Origin: Malacoraja senta
Lineage: Eukaryota
Assembly (NCBI GenBank): GCA_038087875.1
Contig: CM075989.1
Location: forward strand, 13,208,001 to 13,268,000
Direction: 5' to 3'
DNA: 60,000 nucleotides
Program-made: the position numbers and the translations under genes
The notes under the pieces: generated by a model
The model's input: only the letters and a program-made list of their open reading frames with translations
What the model was told of the DNA's origin: nothing
The model's database searches: none
In this document: positions 22,201 to 32,814 of the stretch, in pieces
Numbering within the stretch: the stretch's first letter is position 1
How the letters are laid out: each line of letters starts with the position of its first letter

Positions 22201-23819
22201 GTCAGATTGGATGGAGAGCGTCTGTGAACAGCAATTTTCAAGTCTTGCCAGAGATTCTCAATTGGATTTAGGTCTGGACTTTGACTGGGCCATTCTAACA
22301 CATGAATATGCTTTGATCTAAACCATTCCATTGTAGCTCTGGCTGTATGTTTAGGGTCGTTGTCCTGCTGGAAGGTGAACCTCCGCCCCAGTCTCAAGTC
22401 TTTTGCAGACTCTAACAGGTTTTCTTCCAAGATTGCCCTGTATTTGGCTCCATCCATCTTCCCATCAACTCTGACCAGCTTCCCTGTCCCTGCTGAAAAA
22501 AAGCATCCCCACAGCATGATGCTGCCACCACCATGTTTCACAGTGGGGATGGTGTGTTCAGGGTGATGTGCAGTGTTAGGTTTCCGCCACACATAGCGTT
22601 TTGCATTTAGGCCCAAAACTTCAATTTTGGTCTCATCTGACCAGAGCACCTTCCTCCACATGTTTGCTGTGTCCCCCACATGGCTTGTGGCAAACTGCAA
22701 ACGGGACTTCTTATGGCTTTTTTTCAACAATGGCTTTCTTCTTGCCACTCTTCCATAAAGGCCCGATTTGTGGAGTGCACGACTAATAGTTGTCCTGTGG
22801 ACAGATTCTCCCACCTGAGCTGTGGATCTCTGCAGCTCCTCCAGAGTTACCATGGGCCTCTTGGCTGCTTCTCTGATCAATGCTCTCCTTGCCCGGCCTG
22901 TCAGTTTAGGTGGACGGCCATGTCTTGGTAGGTTTGCAGTTGTGCCATACTCTTTCCATATTCGGATGATGGATTGAACAGTGCTCCGTGAGATGTTCAA
23001 AGCTTGGGATTTTTTTTATAACCTAACCCTGCTTTAAACTTCTCCACAACTTTATCCCTGACCTGTCTGGTGTGTTCCTTGGGCTTCATGGTGCTGTTTG
23101 TTCACTAATGTTCTCTAACAAACCTCTGAGGCCTTCACAGAACAGCTGTATTTATACTGAGATTAGATTACACACAAGTGGACTCTATTTACTAATTAGG
23201 TGACTTCTGAAGGCAATTGGTTGCACTGGATTTTATTTAGGGGTATCAGAGTAAAGGGGGCTGAATACTTTTGCACGCCACACTTTTCAGTTTTTTATTT
23301 GTAAAAAAATTTGAAAACCATGTATCATTTTCCTTCCACTTCACAATTATGCACCACTTTGTGTTGGTCTATCACATAAAATCCCAATAAAATACATTTA
23401 CGTTTGTGGTTGTAACGTGACAAAATGTGGAAAAGTTCAAGGGGTAAGAATACTTTTGCAAGCCACTGTATATTCACACGTGACCCCACAGCACTGCTTT
23501 CTTGAGCAGGAGAGAGCAGTTTAGAATATTTTTCAATTATAAAGTAATGATTGTTTCCCAATCTTGAATTTCAGGTGTTCCATTAAGTGACTGCTATGGT
23601 AAGGTTTGTTGACACTTGAAATGTTTTTATATTGATTTTCAGGAAAGCAGTGTATCTTTGAAAACTTTCCCTTTTGAAGGATTAACTGAATGCAGATATT
23701 CACTGCCCTGAATAACTGGTTGTTTCTCCCCTCAGATGATGACCCCAGTTGATGCAGCAAGTGAAGAATCTACTGCTGCTCTCATTGAGCCAGTGTCTGA
23801 AAATCCCTCCGAGATATAA
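1141..23819 (+). CDS. SPPL2A: Signal peptide peptidase-like 2A (GxGD intramembrane aspartyl protease), 15 coding exons, 528 aa
   Basis: Exons joined by hand at GT-AG sites with consistent phases: 1141-1203, 1533-1652, 2968-3150, 4195-4284, 6841-6980, 8102-8253, 8766-8862, 9746-9847, 11179-11260, 12083-12157, 12355-12414, 14497-14596, 15658-15735, 17915-18075, 23736-23819 (1587 nt). Contains a signal peptide, PA domain, YD, LGFGD, QPALLYLVP and a YEMM tail motif. Confidence 0.95.
1533..1652 (+). CDS. SPPL2A: SPPL2A exon 2 (AEAQEGILRAS...EYCIIFNAQWMSLPSTLTNA)
   Basis: tgcag acceptor, gtgagt donor, resembles the SPPL2A AQEAILHAS..YC..W..LPSTLENA segment. Confidence 0.95.
2968..3150 (+). CDS. 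SPPL2A: SPPL2A exon 3 (PA domain, VVVMRGNCTFIEKARVA)
   Basis: tgtag acceptor, gtaagt donor, 183 nt, RGNCTF.EKA PA-domain motif. Confidence 0.95.
3346..3579. mobile_element. Palindromic non-autonomous Penelope-derived element with a hammerhead motif on each strand
   Basis: Arms 3379-3476 and 3482-3579 are reverse complements with 1 mismatch and a 5-nt loop; duplication CCTTCTAACCAGG at 3333-3345 and 3575-3587. Confidence 0.85.
3481..3514 (+). ncRNA. Minimal hammerhead ribozyme
   Basis: GGU-CUGAAGA-A-GGGU(UUCG)GCCC-GAAA-CGUU/GCC; helix I GGU:GCC, palindromic ACGU helix III. Confidence 0.72.
4195..4284 (+). CDS. SPPL2A: SPPL2A exon 4 (IPSLGNASEYEQLQIPVALISYADVLSMKK)
   Basis: Poly-T cag acceptor, AAG|gtaatt donor, 90 nt. 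Confidence 0.93.
6841..6980 (+). CDS. SPPL2A: SPPL2A exon 5 (VLGNQISATLYSPPMPSMDYSILIVFFIAVGTVALGSYWSG)
   Basis: YSP..P..DY...F.IAV.TVALG.YWSG family motif; AG/GT boundaries. Confidence 0.95.
7027..7323 (+). mobile_element. tRNA-derived V-SINE (HE1-like)
   Basis: A box TGGCGCAGCGG, B box GGTTCAATCC, central GGTTTCCTCCCACACTCCAAAGA; other copies at about 9287-9595(+), 14921-15227(-), 45021-45325(-), 51813-52115(+), 56993-57246(+). Confidence 0.85.
7652..7769. mobile_element. Truncated copy of the Penelope-derived element of 3346-3579, nested in a SINE
   Basis: Near-identical to 3345-3460; duplication ATATATAAACC at 7641-7651 and 7770-7780. Confidence 0.8.
8102..8253 (+). CDS. SPPL2A: SPPL2A exon 6 (ENLSAES...VLLYFFYKWL)
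   Basis: LLYFFYKWL motif and gtgaga donor; the only phase-compatible acceptor is a weak AAG at 8099-8101. Confidence 0.9.
8766..8862 (+). CDS. SPPL2A: SPPL2A exon 7 (VYVVIAIFSVASTISLYNCLSALVRRIPYCKC)
   Basis: cttag acceptor, gtaagc donor, conserved translation. Confidence 0.95.
9746..9847 (+). CDS. SPPL2A: SPPL2A exon 8 (..IEVRLVMLALFCMSLAAVWVVFRNND)
   Basis: ttcag acceptor, gtgagt donor, VW.VFRN.D motif. Confidence 0.95.
10884..11016 (-). mobile_element. Short retroposon with HDV-like ribozyme head and (GAA)n tail, copy 1
   Basis: TSD GTCTGTGGCTCT at 10872-10883 and 11017-11028; GAAGAAGAAG tail on the - strand; second copy at 19353-19490. Confidence 0.88.
10963..11016 (-). ncRNA. Minimal HDV-like self-cleaving ribozyme (54 nt)
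   Basis: P1 GGGGUGG/CCGCCCU, P2 GAUUGCA/UGCAAUC, P3 ACC/GGU, L3 UUCACGU, J4/2 CUAA with catalytic C, in the canonical HDV strand order. Confidence 0.82.
11179..11260 (+). CDS. SPPL2A: SPPL2A exon 9 (WIWILHDCLGVAFCLNFLKTLKMPHFK)
   Basis: tttag acceptor, gtaatg donor, conserved translation. Confidence 0.95.
12083..12157 (+). CDS. SPPL2A: SPPL2A exon 10 with catalytic YD (SCVILLGLLLIYDVFFVFITPLFMP)
   Basis: YDVFFVFITP active-site motif; ccag acceptor, gtgagt donor. Confidence 0.97.
12355..12414 (+). CDS. SPPL2A: SPPL2A exon 11 (NHESIMVEVATGSGSGSGEK)
   Basis: ESIMVEVA.G motif; gcag acceptor, gtaaat donor. Confidence 0.95.
12525..12581 (+). CDS. SPPL2A: Candidate SPPL2A in-frame cassette exon 11b (TTGTNLMELAVAPAPHNEK)
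   Basis: ttctag acceptor, AAA|gtaaga donor, 57 nt, phase 0/0, peptide resembles exon 11. Confidence 0.7.
12633..14216 (+). mobile_element. Non-autonomous Helitron
   Basis: A|TCTATCTATATA 5' end, CTAG|T 3' end with a short subterminal hairpin, no TSD; internal duplicated blocks and G/A-rich tracts. Confidence 0.75.
14497..14596 (+). CDS. SPPL2A: SPPL2A exon 12 with catalytic GFGD (LPVVIRVP...LGFGDIIVP)
   Basis: GxGD motif; ctctag acceptor, gtgagt donor. Confidence 0.97.
14921..15227 (-). mobile_element. V-SINE (HE1-like), young copy
   Basis: Reverse complement of the 7027 element with a (TTTAG)n tail; closely similar to 45021-45325. Confidence 0.85.
15658..15735 (+). CDS. SPPL2A: SPPL2A exon 13 (GLLVAYCRRFDVVTNGYNIYFILCTI)
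   Basis: GLL.AYCRRFD motif; tgcag acceptor, gtaatg donor. Confidence 0.96.
17915..18075 (+). CDS. SPPL2A: SPPL2A exon 14 with PAL motif (AYAVGM...QPALLYLVPCTL...FWTGSDYE)
   Basis: QPALLYLVP motif; poly-T ccag acceptor, gttag donor. Confidence 0.97.
19353..19490 (+). mobile_element. Short retroposon with HDV-like ribozyme head, copy 2 (P1/P3 mutated)
   Basis: TSD ATGATGTATTAGAG at 19339-19352 and 19491-19504; AAGAAGAAG tail; homologous to 10884-11016. Confidence 0.88.
19556..19589 (+). CDS. SPPL2A: Candidate SPPL2A 34-nt alternative exon (VFDITREPLFQ) that shifts the frame of the last exon
   Basis: ctctctag acceptor, AAG|gtagga donor; joining to 23736 gives YEVFDITREPLFQDDDPS*. Confidence 0.6.
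21225..21531. mobile_element. PIF/Harbinger MITE
   Basis: TIRs AGGGCCTGTCCCAC / GTGGGTCAGGCCCT; 3-bp TSD TTA at 21222-21224 and 21532-21534. Confidence 0.85.
21853..23468 (-). mobile_element. Full-length Tc1 (DD34E) transposon, Passport-like, in the last SPPL2A intron
   Basis: TA TSDs, CAGTG...CACTG termini, ~215-bp near-identical TIRs, 1616 bp. Confidence 0.96.
22071..23089 (-). pseudogene. Tc1 transposase with a single 1-nt frameshift near the N-terminus
   Basis: ATG at 23089 (MKPKEHTRQVRDKVVEKFKAGLGYKK) is 89 nt upstream of the 309-aa ORF 22071-23000, with the shift in an A8 run; GRPPKL, WSDETK, FQQDNDPKH and SPDLNPIE give D-D34-E. Confidence 0.92.
23736..23819 (+). CDS. SPPL2A: SPPL2A last coding exon (MMTPVDAASEESTAALIEPVSENPSEI*)
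   Basis: tttctcccctcag acceptor; completes YE|MM, equivalent to mammalian YQ|MM; TAA at 23817-23819, followed by an AT-rich 3'UTR with ATTAAA (24512) and AATAAA (24612). Confidence 0.85.
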   Translation: MMTPVDAASEESTAALIEPVSENPSEI

Positions 23820-26800
23820 TTTGCTGCTTTACTGCAACTCATTTTCTACATGTACTTTGTTACCAAATAATAAGGAAACTCTGGGTGTAACCCAGAATTT
23901 GTGATTACCTGAAACACTAATGTTTCTTGCCTCTAAGCACAAATTTCTACATTGAAATATTTTTGTAATTACATAATTTCTTTCTGAATCTGAGAATCTA
24001 TTATGTATTTTTACTACTTCATAAACTGTTGGATATAAATATCATAGATAAATATGTAATTACATTCAAGCTTTGGTTAATCTGGTCAAACCTTTCTGGT
24101 TGCTCTTGGACGAACATGCTTAGCTTTGAATGGCGGTTACTGCTCTCTAGAAGGTCAAGAACACATGCTAATTCAGAAATGTTTGAACAAAACCAAATTT
24201 TTTAAAATGAACCCCAATGTTGTTTTCAGTCATTTATTCAACTGTGCCTGTGCATCCTTCAATTTATGCCGAATAGGGTTCTGTTTCTATTCCAATTTAA
24301 CACCAACCAGACAGGTTTGATCATGTGAAGGCCATTTGAATATCTTTGTACATAGGAAGTGAAGATTAACCTGCACTGCTGTGTGATACGATTTGCATCT
24401 AACTTTGATTATTGAAATACATTCTGTGAAAGGGTGTGCTAATGTTTGAAGATGAATTGAAATCTTATTTGTTATGATTTAAATATGGGGATGTAACTGC
24501 AGAATTATTTTATTAAATACATTTGGAAATTCCTCTGGCTTGAAGAATTCTTCAATGATGGATTTCACTGAGATGCAAAAGGTGGGCAGTTGAGTGAGTA
24601 GGTTAAGGGGAAATAAAGGGGGATGGGATTGATCTGAGAGTGGTCATAGATTGAAGTACTCAAAGGCCTGGTATCTTATGGAATAGGAGTCTGTGCTGCC
24701 TGCCACAGGGAAAGTCATCCAAATAACTCCTTAGCGCTGAAGCGTTGCTCCCTTGTTGACAACTTCAAGAGAAATACAGGGAGTAGCACCAATCACTCAT
24801 GCCTTTGACTTCCTTGCCCCAGAGGGATAGTGGACATCCTTCTCAAATTTAGTTGCCTGCAAAATAAAGTTCTGTTCTATTCCAGTTTGTGAGCAACATT
24901 CTACCGGGTAAGCCATGATCTTGCCCAACACATGCACACTAGACCTAACATCTGCCTTGCTTGATGTCAGCCTAAACAAAAATTGGATGTAGTGTAAATC
25001 TGTTGTGTTTCTCATATTTAAACTGTACCTCGGGTAAGTGGCATAGTTCTAAGGCACGTGTGGGAATAGAGGGACCTGGGCACATAATTCCTTTCAATGC
25101 TGAGGCTTGTAGAGCAAGCAGTTTGTAAAAACACATGGGATATGGTTTTTAGAAATAGAGGAGCAGATTACAAGAGCAAGAAGTTGTGTTGAACTAATAT
25201 AAATTATGGGAATATTGTATAATTTTGGTTGCCAGACTTAAGGATGTCAAAGGCTTGAAAGAGTGCAGAAAATGTTTGAATGTGGTCCCAGGAATGAGGG
25301 ATTCCTGCTGCAAGGCTAGACTGGAGAAGCTGAGGTAATGTTAAAAATGGTGAGAGGAAATTTCATAAATATGTACAAACCATTTAATATGGCGAGAAGG
25401 AAGGTTCCCCTTAGTGTGTGATTCAGTGATCTGGGAGATAGATATAACATTTTGACCAAAACTGTAGGGGAGTTGTGAGGAAGAACTTGTTTAAATAAAT
25501 GCCGCAAGTGGTTATGATCTGGAATTCATGGCCTTGTTGGGTGAGGAAAATGCAATCAAGGCCTTATCTTGGATGCAGTGTAGACTCAATGAGCCTCCTG
25601 TGCTGTAATAATTCAGTGATTTTTAGTGCAGTTTCATCTGCAGTACCAAAACTGATGGTAAAGAGGAGGAAGCCTTTGGGCTCTGTGAGCCTCCAGCATT
25701 CAATAGATCGAGTTTATTGGCATCTGCACAAGAACGGTGATTACAGGTACACTGAACATCTTGCTTGCAACGTAAATTGCAATTTCTGAAAGACAGCAGA
25801 AATATTTTTGCCAATAAAACTAATGGCGCAAATCACAGGCAGTGGAAAATAAGTCCATGCTCGTGCAAGGATTAGATTGTACATGTTGGTTAAAGAACCT
25901 GATGGTAAATAGATGCTCCTGAACCTTTGGTGTTTGATGCCAGGCTTCTGCACATCCTGCTGGTGGCAGCAGCGAACAAAGGGCATAGCCCAGATTATGG
26001 GGATAGTTGATGATGAATGCTGCCCCTTAGAGGCGGCGCCTGGTATGGACACTTCCAATAGTGGGGAGGGCTGTGCCTGCGATAGACAGGACTGAGTAAA
26101 CCACTCTTTGCAGCCTCTTGCATTCCTGTGCGTTGGCATTACCTGGCCAAGTTGCAGTCTGTGAAGATACTTTCTGCAGTGGAGACGTGTGGAACTACAG
26201 ATGCTGGAATCTGGCATAGAACTCAAAGTGCTGGAAAAGCTCAACTGGTCAGGTAGCATCTCTGGATGATATGGATAGGTGACATTTCTGGTCCGGACCC
26301 TTTTTCAGACTAAAGACAAAAGGTGTCAGATAAAGGAAGATGCTGACTGAAATGTAAAAGCAGATGGAGGGATTGGTGTGGAAGGGGATGGGAGGTAGGG
26401 CAAATATGGTATTCTGAGATGGGAGATGAGTGTACAGAGGCAAAAGAAGGTTGAAGAGGGTGGTGGGAGAAATGTGTTAGCACCAGCGTGGGCAAAGGAG
26501 GGTATTGGTTGTAATTGAAGACTTTAATGTTCATGCCATGAATTGTAGGCTACCCAAGCAGAATGCGATGCTGTTTTTCCACACCGATTCCCCTATGTCC
26601 AGATTGTTTCCTATTTCTTTGACTCGGCCAAGGCACCGTTCTCCCAACACCTATCATGTTGATCTTTTGAAGGACTTTGTACCTTCCCACGAGGTAACCT
26701 CTCATTTTAAACTCTAAAAAGTATAATCTTCGCCTGCTCAATCTCTCCTGATTGAAACAAACCGAATTGTTGAAAGGTTTGACGGGGTGGGTGCAGGGAC

Positions 26801-28822
26801 AGCTGGCCTATGACTATCCTTTTTATCTTACTATGTTCTCTTTTGACAGACTCGCCACTTCTGGAGCCAGTCTGTATTCTCACTACAAGTAAGTAGGCAC
26901 TTTTGAGAGAATAATTTGCTTTCAATGTTCCACGTGGTTTTCAAAACACGCAGAGAAACTAGTGCCCTGATCTGTGGGGTGTTCAGGTCACTGGCTTTGC
27001 ATTGGTGAGAAAAGTCAGTCTTGGAGCTATACAGCAAGGAAACCCACTTATCCATGCAGATCGCTGGCTTTCTGCGATAATCCCATTTGCCTGCATTTGG
27101 CCCATATCCCTAAACCCTTCCTATCCATATACTTGTCCAAATGTCTTTTGAAATTTGTAGAGGAGTGTAAGCGCAGCCAGATATGTGGCTCAGAGTATAG
27201 TGTGTGGGCTTACATGAATGGGAATGAAGATTATACCAAAATTAATAGGATTATGAAGCAAAATCCTAAACTAGTCAGGAAACCCTGCGCTTGCCATTTT
27301 TTACAGCTTCTGGCAAAAGAGCCTGTTGGATTTCGCAGCATCTGCATGACATCAGTCACAGACTTAAAAATTGAATTTTAAGTTCTGTTGCAGGCGTTAC
27401 TAACAAAACTAACAGAAGTAAAAGGATAATATGAAGAATAGGAAAATGTTATAATTAATTTTTTGGGGGCAATGGAATCGGGCAGCGTGCTAAATTAAGT
27501 AGACAGTTTGCCTGCTACAGGAGTCTCACCTCTGCAGTTTCACTGAACATTTTTGACAAGATAATTTGTGATACATTGCAAGTGGGATCAGTAATTAAAA
27601 AAAACACCAATAACCTTGATAAAAAAGCTACTGTATCTGGCTGTTGCTGTCCTGTTTATGTTCCGATGGGGGATGAACTCCCTAATGGGCAATGTGGAAA
27701 TTATGCATGAATGCATAGTTCTTTTCATTTTCAATGCATCCATTTACAGAGAGTGAAGGATGATGCATGTCTTGTCTGATGTTTTTGAAAACCCGCAATT
27801 AACCAATTTTCCTGAATACTGAAAAGAGAAAATAAAATGACATGAATTAAAAACAGAAAAGTGTAAGAACTAATTATGTGAGGTAAATGTAAGGTTATTA
27901 ACTAGGTAGAAAGAATAAAAATTAGAATAGTTTTGAGAAATGAAACTGAAATTGGGTACAAAGATATCTCGACACTGGCAATCATGCAGTGAAGATCGAC
28001 GTTGTGGTGGCCCTCTTTTGCAAGGGATTAGAATTTTTAAAAATAAAAAAATTGTGAGATTGTCTGTGGACTTCGGTGAGATTTCTGAGGAAATAATTTG
28101 GGGCTATGAGAAAAATAGCAAATAATGGAGCCGGTTCAAGCATCTACATTTTGAATGAAAAACAGAAAATTATGGAAATACTCAACAGAAGAGGCTGCAT
28201 CTGTGGGGAGAGAAACAGTTTTCATCGGAACTGGGTAAATTAATGATAAACCGTGGAGAGAACAAAAGGTCTGTGTGGGGTGGTGGGCAGGAGAGAATTG
28301 ATAACGAAGGGGTAATGGTGCTGGGTGAAAAAGATAGTAATGGATAAGAAATAAAAGATGGTTGGCCAGAAGTTATCAATTACATTAGAAGAATCAGTGT
28401 TTAACATTGTTGAACATAATGTTGTCCGGAAGACTGGAATATGCCAAATCAGAAATGATGTTCAATATGTAACGGGTTGTTGGTTAGGGGGGGGGAGGGG
28501 GATTTGATGAGTGGATTAGGCTGTCAATTTTTTCTCAGTCCTTCAGAATGCTGGTGCAGACAAGAGGGTGAGGAAGAGGGAGAAGTGTTTGAAGGTAGTA
28601 TTGGATAAAACAAAAGATGATCCATTGATGAGGGGCTATGGGATAGGATCTCCTCCAGGATGGGGAGACCAAGTGCAGATTGGGTAACTGCTTGGCATGA
28701 GTTTACCTGTCACATTAATTCTCTCTCAATCCCACTCCATCCTCCGTCCTTGATCTACTATACCGTTTCAACAAAGCTTAAGCACAAGAAGCATCACTCT
28801 ATCTGAAGAAGCATCACTGAGC

Positions 28823-28854
28823 CTGAAGAAGGGTCTCGACCCGAAACATCGCCT
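28823..28854 (+). ncRNA. Hammerhead motif variant in a degenerate Penelope-derived copy
   Basis: CUGAAGA-A-GGGU(CUCG)ACCC-GAAAC-AUC; helix III palindrome broken. Confidence 0.45.
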
Positions 28855-30109
28855 ATTCCTTCTCGCCATGGATGCTGCCTCACCCGCTGAGTTTCTCCAG
28901 CATTTTTGTCTACCTTCACTCTATCTTCCAATAGGTTCCTTACAAACTCAATATTGAACTCAACATTTTCAGACAATTAACTAGCTTCTGCTTAGTCTCA
29001 TCCAGACTAATTTATAACTTTTCAGTTCATTCCAAAAGACCCATCCAGTTCTGATAAAATAGTATCTAGTTAGCTCTCTTCCTTTTCAAAGATGTTGCCT
29101 GACCTGCTTTACAATTTCAGATTTGGTGCATTTTCGGGATTTTGCTTTTGATCTGTGTTGATTTGAGCCTCAGCAACAATAACAAAAATATCGTCAGTCG
29201 TAACAACCTAGATCAGGGAAGTTTCCTGATAAAGATGTGCTGAAATATCTGACGGTACTCTGTACAGACTTGGATACAAGCAATGGGAGGATATCTGACA
29301 CAGGCAGCAATCAGCCTGTTAACAAACAGGCTCAAAGATGAAATTATTAATGACCTAAGAGTAAGAGTTGCACATTTAGGTATGTGTGGCCCACCTCTGG
29401 GCACCAAATATGAGAGTGCAACTGCCTATTTTGGAAAAGAGGACGTGACGGCACAAAGCAGCACAGAGCCTGGTTGGAACATAGACTGGAGAGGGATGTA
29501 ATTGGCGCTGGCATAGGGCCATGTTATTATACAAACAAAATACAGAGAAATTTCCTGATAAACCTACAGAATGCACTGGTGTGAACACCCTCGCATCAAG
29601 GACATGGAGTGCCCTTGCAGCAAGCCTGCCTCTGCCTCCTGCCATAATAACATGCCCAAGGTAAAGGCTCCACTTCTCCCAACTCCAGATGGAATCAACG
29701 CAATCTACTTTGTGGCTCCCCCAATGGCACATCTGGTAAGTGCAACCCCCAAACTAGAATCTAACCCTGATGGTTTATCTGTAGAACAACAACAGTGAAT
29801 ATGGCTGTAATCTCACTAGGAATGACAGTGTTTGTAACAAGGCTATGGTCTCAGTGGAGTGATTTGTGGCAGGTTAGTGGTGTAAATCAAATGTAACTAC
29901 GTATCTAAATATTGTGAATCTAACAGAACACATTGAAGTTAGAGTTTTTAAATAATTGTGGAATCAGAGTTTGCATATTTTCTAGCTAGTGACAGATTCC
30001 GTGAAAGGCACTTTTACTGTACATAATCTCTGGAAAAGTATTTAATCTCAAAATACAAAGCTGTATTTGGAAGAATATCAAATATGCAGATCTGAAGGGC
30101 ATATGTGCT

Positions 30110-32060
30110 TCAGATGTTGGTGGGCATGAGCAGATGGTGGATTTCAGTTTGTGCATGTTGATGCGTGTGAAGATGGGGGAGTGAATTAACATTGGGTGTG
30201 CGTTGGTGTAAAATTCTGGTGCACGCTAGTTAATGGTGGGTGTGACCAAACAATGGGTGGTGAGCTGCTGCAAATTGATAGTGGTGGGTGTTAATCAGAG
30301 TGAGTTGATTGTAGCGAGTGTTGATTGTGGCATGTATTGATAGGAGTTGTTTGTGGCGTGTGTTAGGAGTTAGCACTGGAAATGAATTGGTGAGCAAGGT
30401 CGGTGGGTGAGCTCAAAGTATATGCCAGTTGGCATACATTGATGTATGGTGGTTGAGAAGGTGTGAGTTGGCAATGGGTCGAGGTCATGATGTTTGTGAG
30501 ATCGCATAAGTTGACGGTAGTTGTGAATTGGTCTGAATTGATATAATTGACAATGAGTGTGGGTTGGTAGATTTGGATGATGGGTGTTCATTGTTGGGTG
30601 TGACCTCACGGTGGGAGTAAGATGATTGTAGTTGTAAGTTGGTGTGCATTGATAGTGAAAAGGAAATGGTGGTTCCAGTATGGAGATGAGTTAGTTGGTG
30701 TATATTAATGGGCCCTATGGGTTAATGGTGTACATATATCAATGGTGGCTCTAATTTGGAGTTTACGATGAATGGGAGTTGATATAAAGTGTAGGTTGAT
30801 GTTACTTGATGGTGTGTGAGTAGGAATTTTCAGTGGGAGTTAGTTTTTACTGGCAAGTTGATTTCAGTCGATTGTAGATTGAACAGAAAATGGGTTGCTA
30901 TTAATTTAAAATGGCTGTAAACAAATAGTGGATCCGAGTCGCTTAAGAATACACAAATTAGGAGTAGGATTAGGCCATTCTGGCTTTCATGCCTACTCCA
31001 CTATTTAATAACACAATGGCTGCTCTGAATGCAACATACTCTTGCATTTTATCCAGATTAACTATCTCTCCCCCTCAGCCCAATGAACATTCAGACTGCT
31101 TCCACCACCTTCTGAACGAGCTCCAAAGACTCATAACCATCAGAGAAGAAAAGTTTATCTTGCCTGTCTTAAATAGGCAATCCCTTATTTTTAAACTGTG
31201 ATCCCTAGTTCTTGATCTGGTCCATCAGAGGAAACATTTTTGTCTCAAATACCTCTTGGAATTACAACAATGCAGCTCAGGATCAGGCCCTTAATATTTG
31301 CACCAACCATGAAGCCACCTAAATTAATCCCATCTGTCTGCACAAGGTCCATATGCCATGCATCCCCTGCCTGCTCGTGTCTGCCTAAATGGTTCTTAAA
31401 TGTTGCTATTCATATATGCTTCTGCCACTTCTGGTAACATGTTCCGTGTATCTACCACTCTCTGTTTATTAAAAAAAATCATCCCATAAAGCTCCTTTAA
31501 TCTTTCCCCCCTTCACCTTAAACCTATGCTCTCCAGTATTTGACATTTCCATTCTGGAATGTTTAGGTCCTGGTGCCTTCAGAATTTTTGTGGATTCAAA
31601 ACTAGCATGTCCAATCTTTCCTCAGAAGACATGTAACTCATTACAAGTATTAGTCTAGTCTGACGATGGGGGTGATCTCATGGTGGGTCCAAGATGATGG
31701 TGGGTGTGACCTGTTAGGTATGAGCTGTGGGGGTTGATGAGTTGAATGTGCCTTGGCATTGACAGGGAGCAAGTTGACAGCATGATTTGATGGTAGTTTT
31801 GAGTTGATGGTTGTGTTAAAGGAGGTTATGGGTTAATGCACAAAATATGTAGAGTGCAGGCCTTATTGGTATGGGTTGATGAATTGTGGTTTGTGAAAGT
31901 TGTCATTTGGTATCAGTTGGAGATGGTGTGAGCTAACATAAGTTAGTGAATGAATGCTTGGTATGAGCTGATAGGAGATCTGATTTGGTATGATTGGTAT
32001 GAGGTTGTGCTCATGATGAGAGCTGATGCCAAGCAGTGTTTTGGGTTGAGGTCACAATAC
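30110..32060. repeat. Degenerate TG-rich low-complexity tracts (~30110-30850 and ~31660-32060)
   Basis: Strong G+T strand bias with recurring GTTGAT, GGTGTG and GAGTTG words. Confidence 0.55.
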
Positions 32061-32814
32061 AGACATTGGAACAAATTGACTGGATATTAACAGTGAAAAC
32101 AGAGGAAAAGGCTTCGGATCGATTGTCTTCCTCTAAGCACACCCTCTATTTTCTACATGGTAGATTAACCTTTTTGATATCCTGGATTTCAACCCTTCAT
32201 TGGCAGGCTAATAGAAAATAGGTGATTTCTAAAGAAAATGTCTTCAATAATTAACACAAGAACTTAAAAATGAAAATATGCAGACCAGTTAATATGAGAA
32301 TGAATCTTTATTCAGATTTCAACATATTTATCAATGTGTGACTTAACAACTCTTTGTCATGGTTGCTAATCCAACATTTACATTTCCAAGATGTGTTTTC
32401 ACTTTACTGGTGCCTAACAAGAATGTTTTGCAAAACAAAGGTCTAGGGGTTTGGAGAAGCAGCAGGGAAAGGAAAACAAACTGTTTTAATTATATATTAT
32501 CAAAAGACATAATTGTGTACAACATATTGAAGCACCAGTGCATGGAGGATAGACAGCTCCTTGTTTATTTAATTGCTGTGATCAGACTTTGTCAGGGCGT
32601 TGTTCCAGACAGACTGCATTCATTCCTGACCGCTCTGCTGTGAGATCAAATGCCCGAATAAGAACACAATCCAGAGTCCAAGGGACAGAAAATGGTGAAC
32701 TCAAACTTGTGGCAAGTTTCTTTTTCTTTGGTGAGAAAATATTTATCACTAACATTAACTTATGATGACTCTTCATCAAAGCCTGCCATGTCTCACTGCC
32801 TGTCATCAAAGCAG

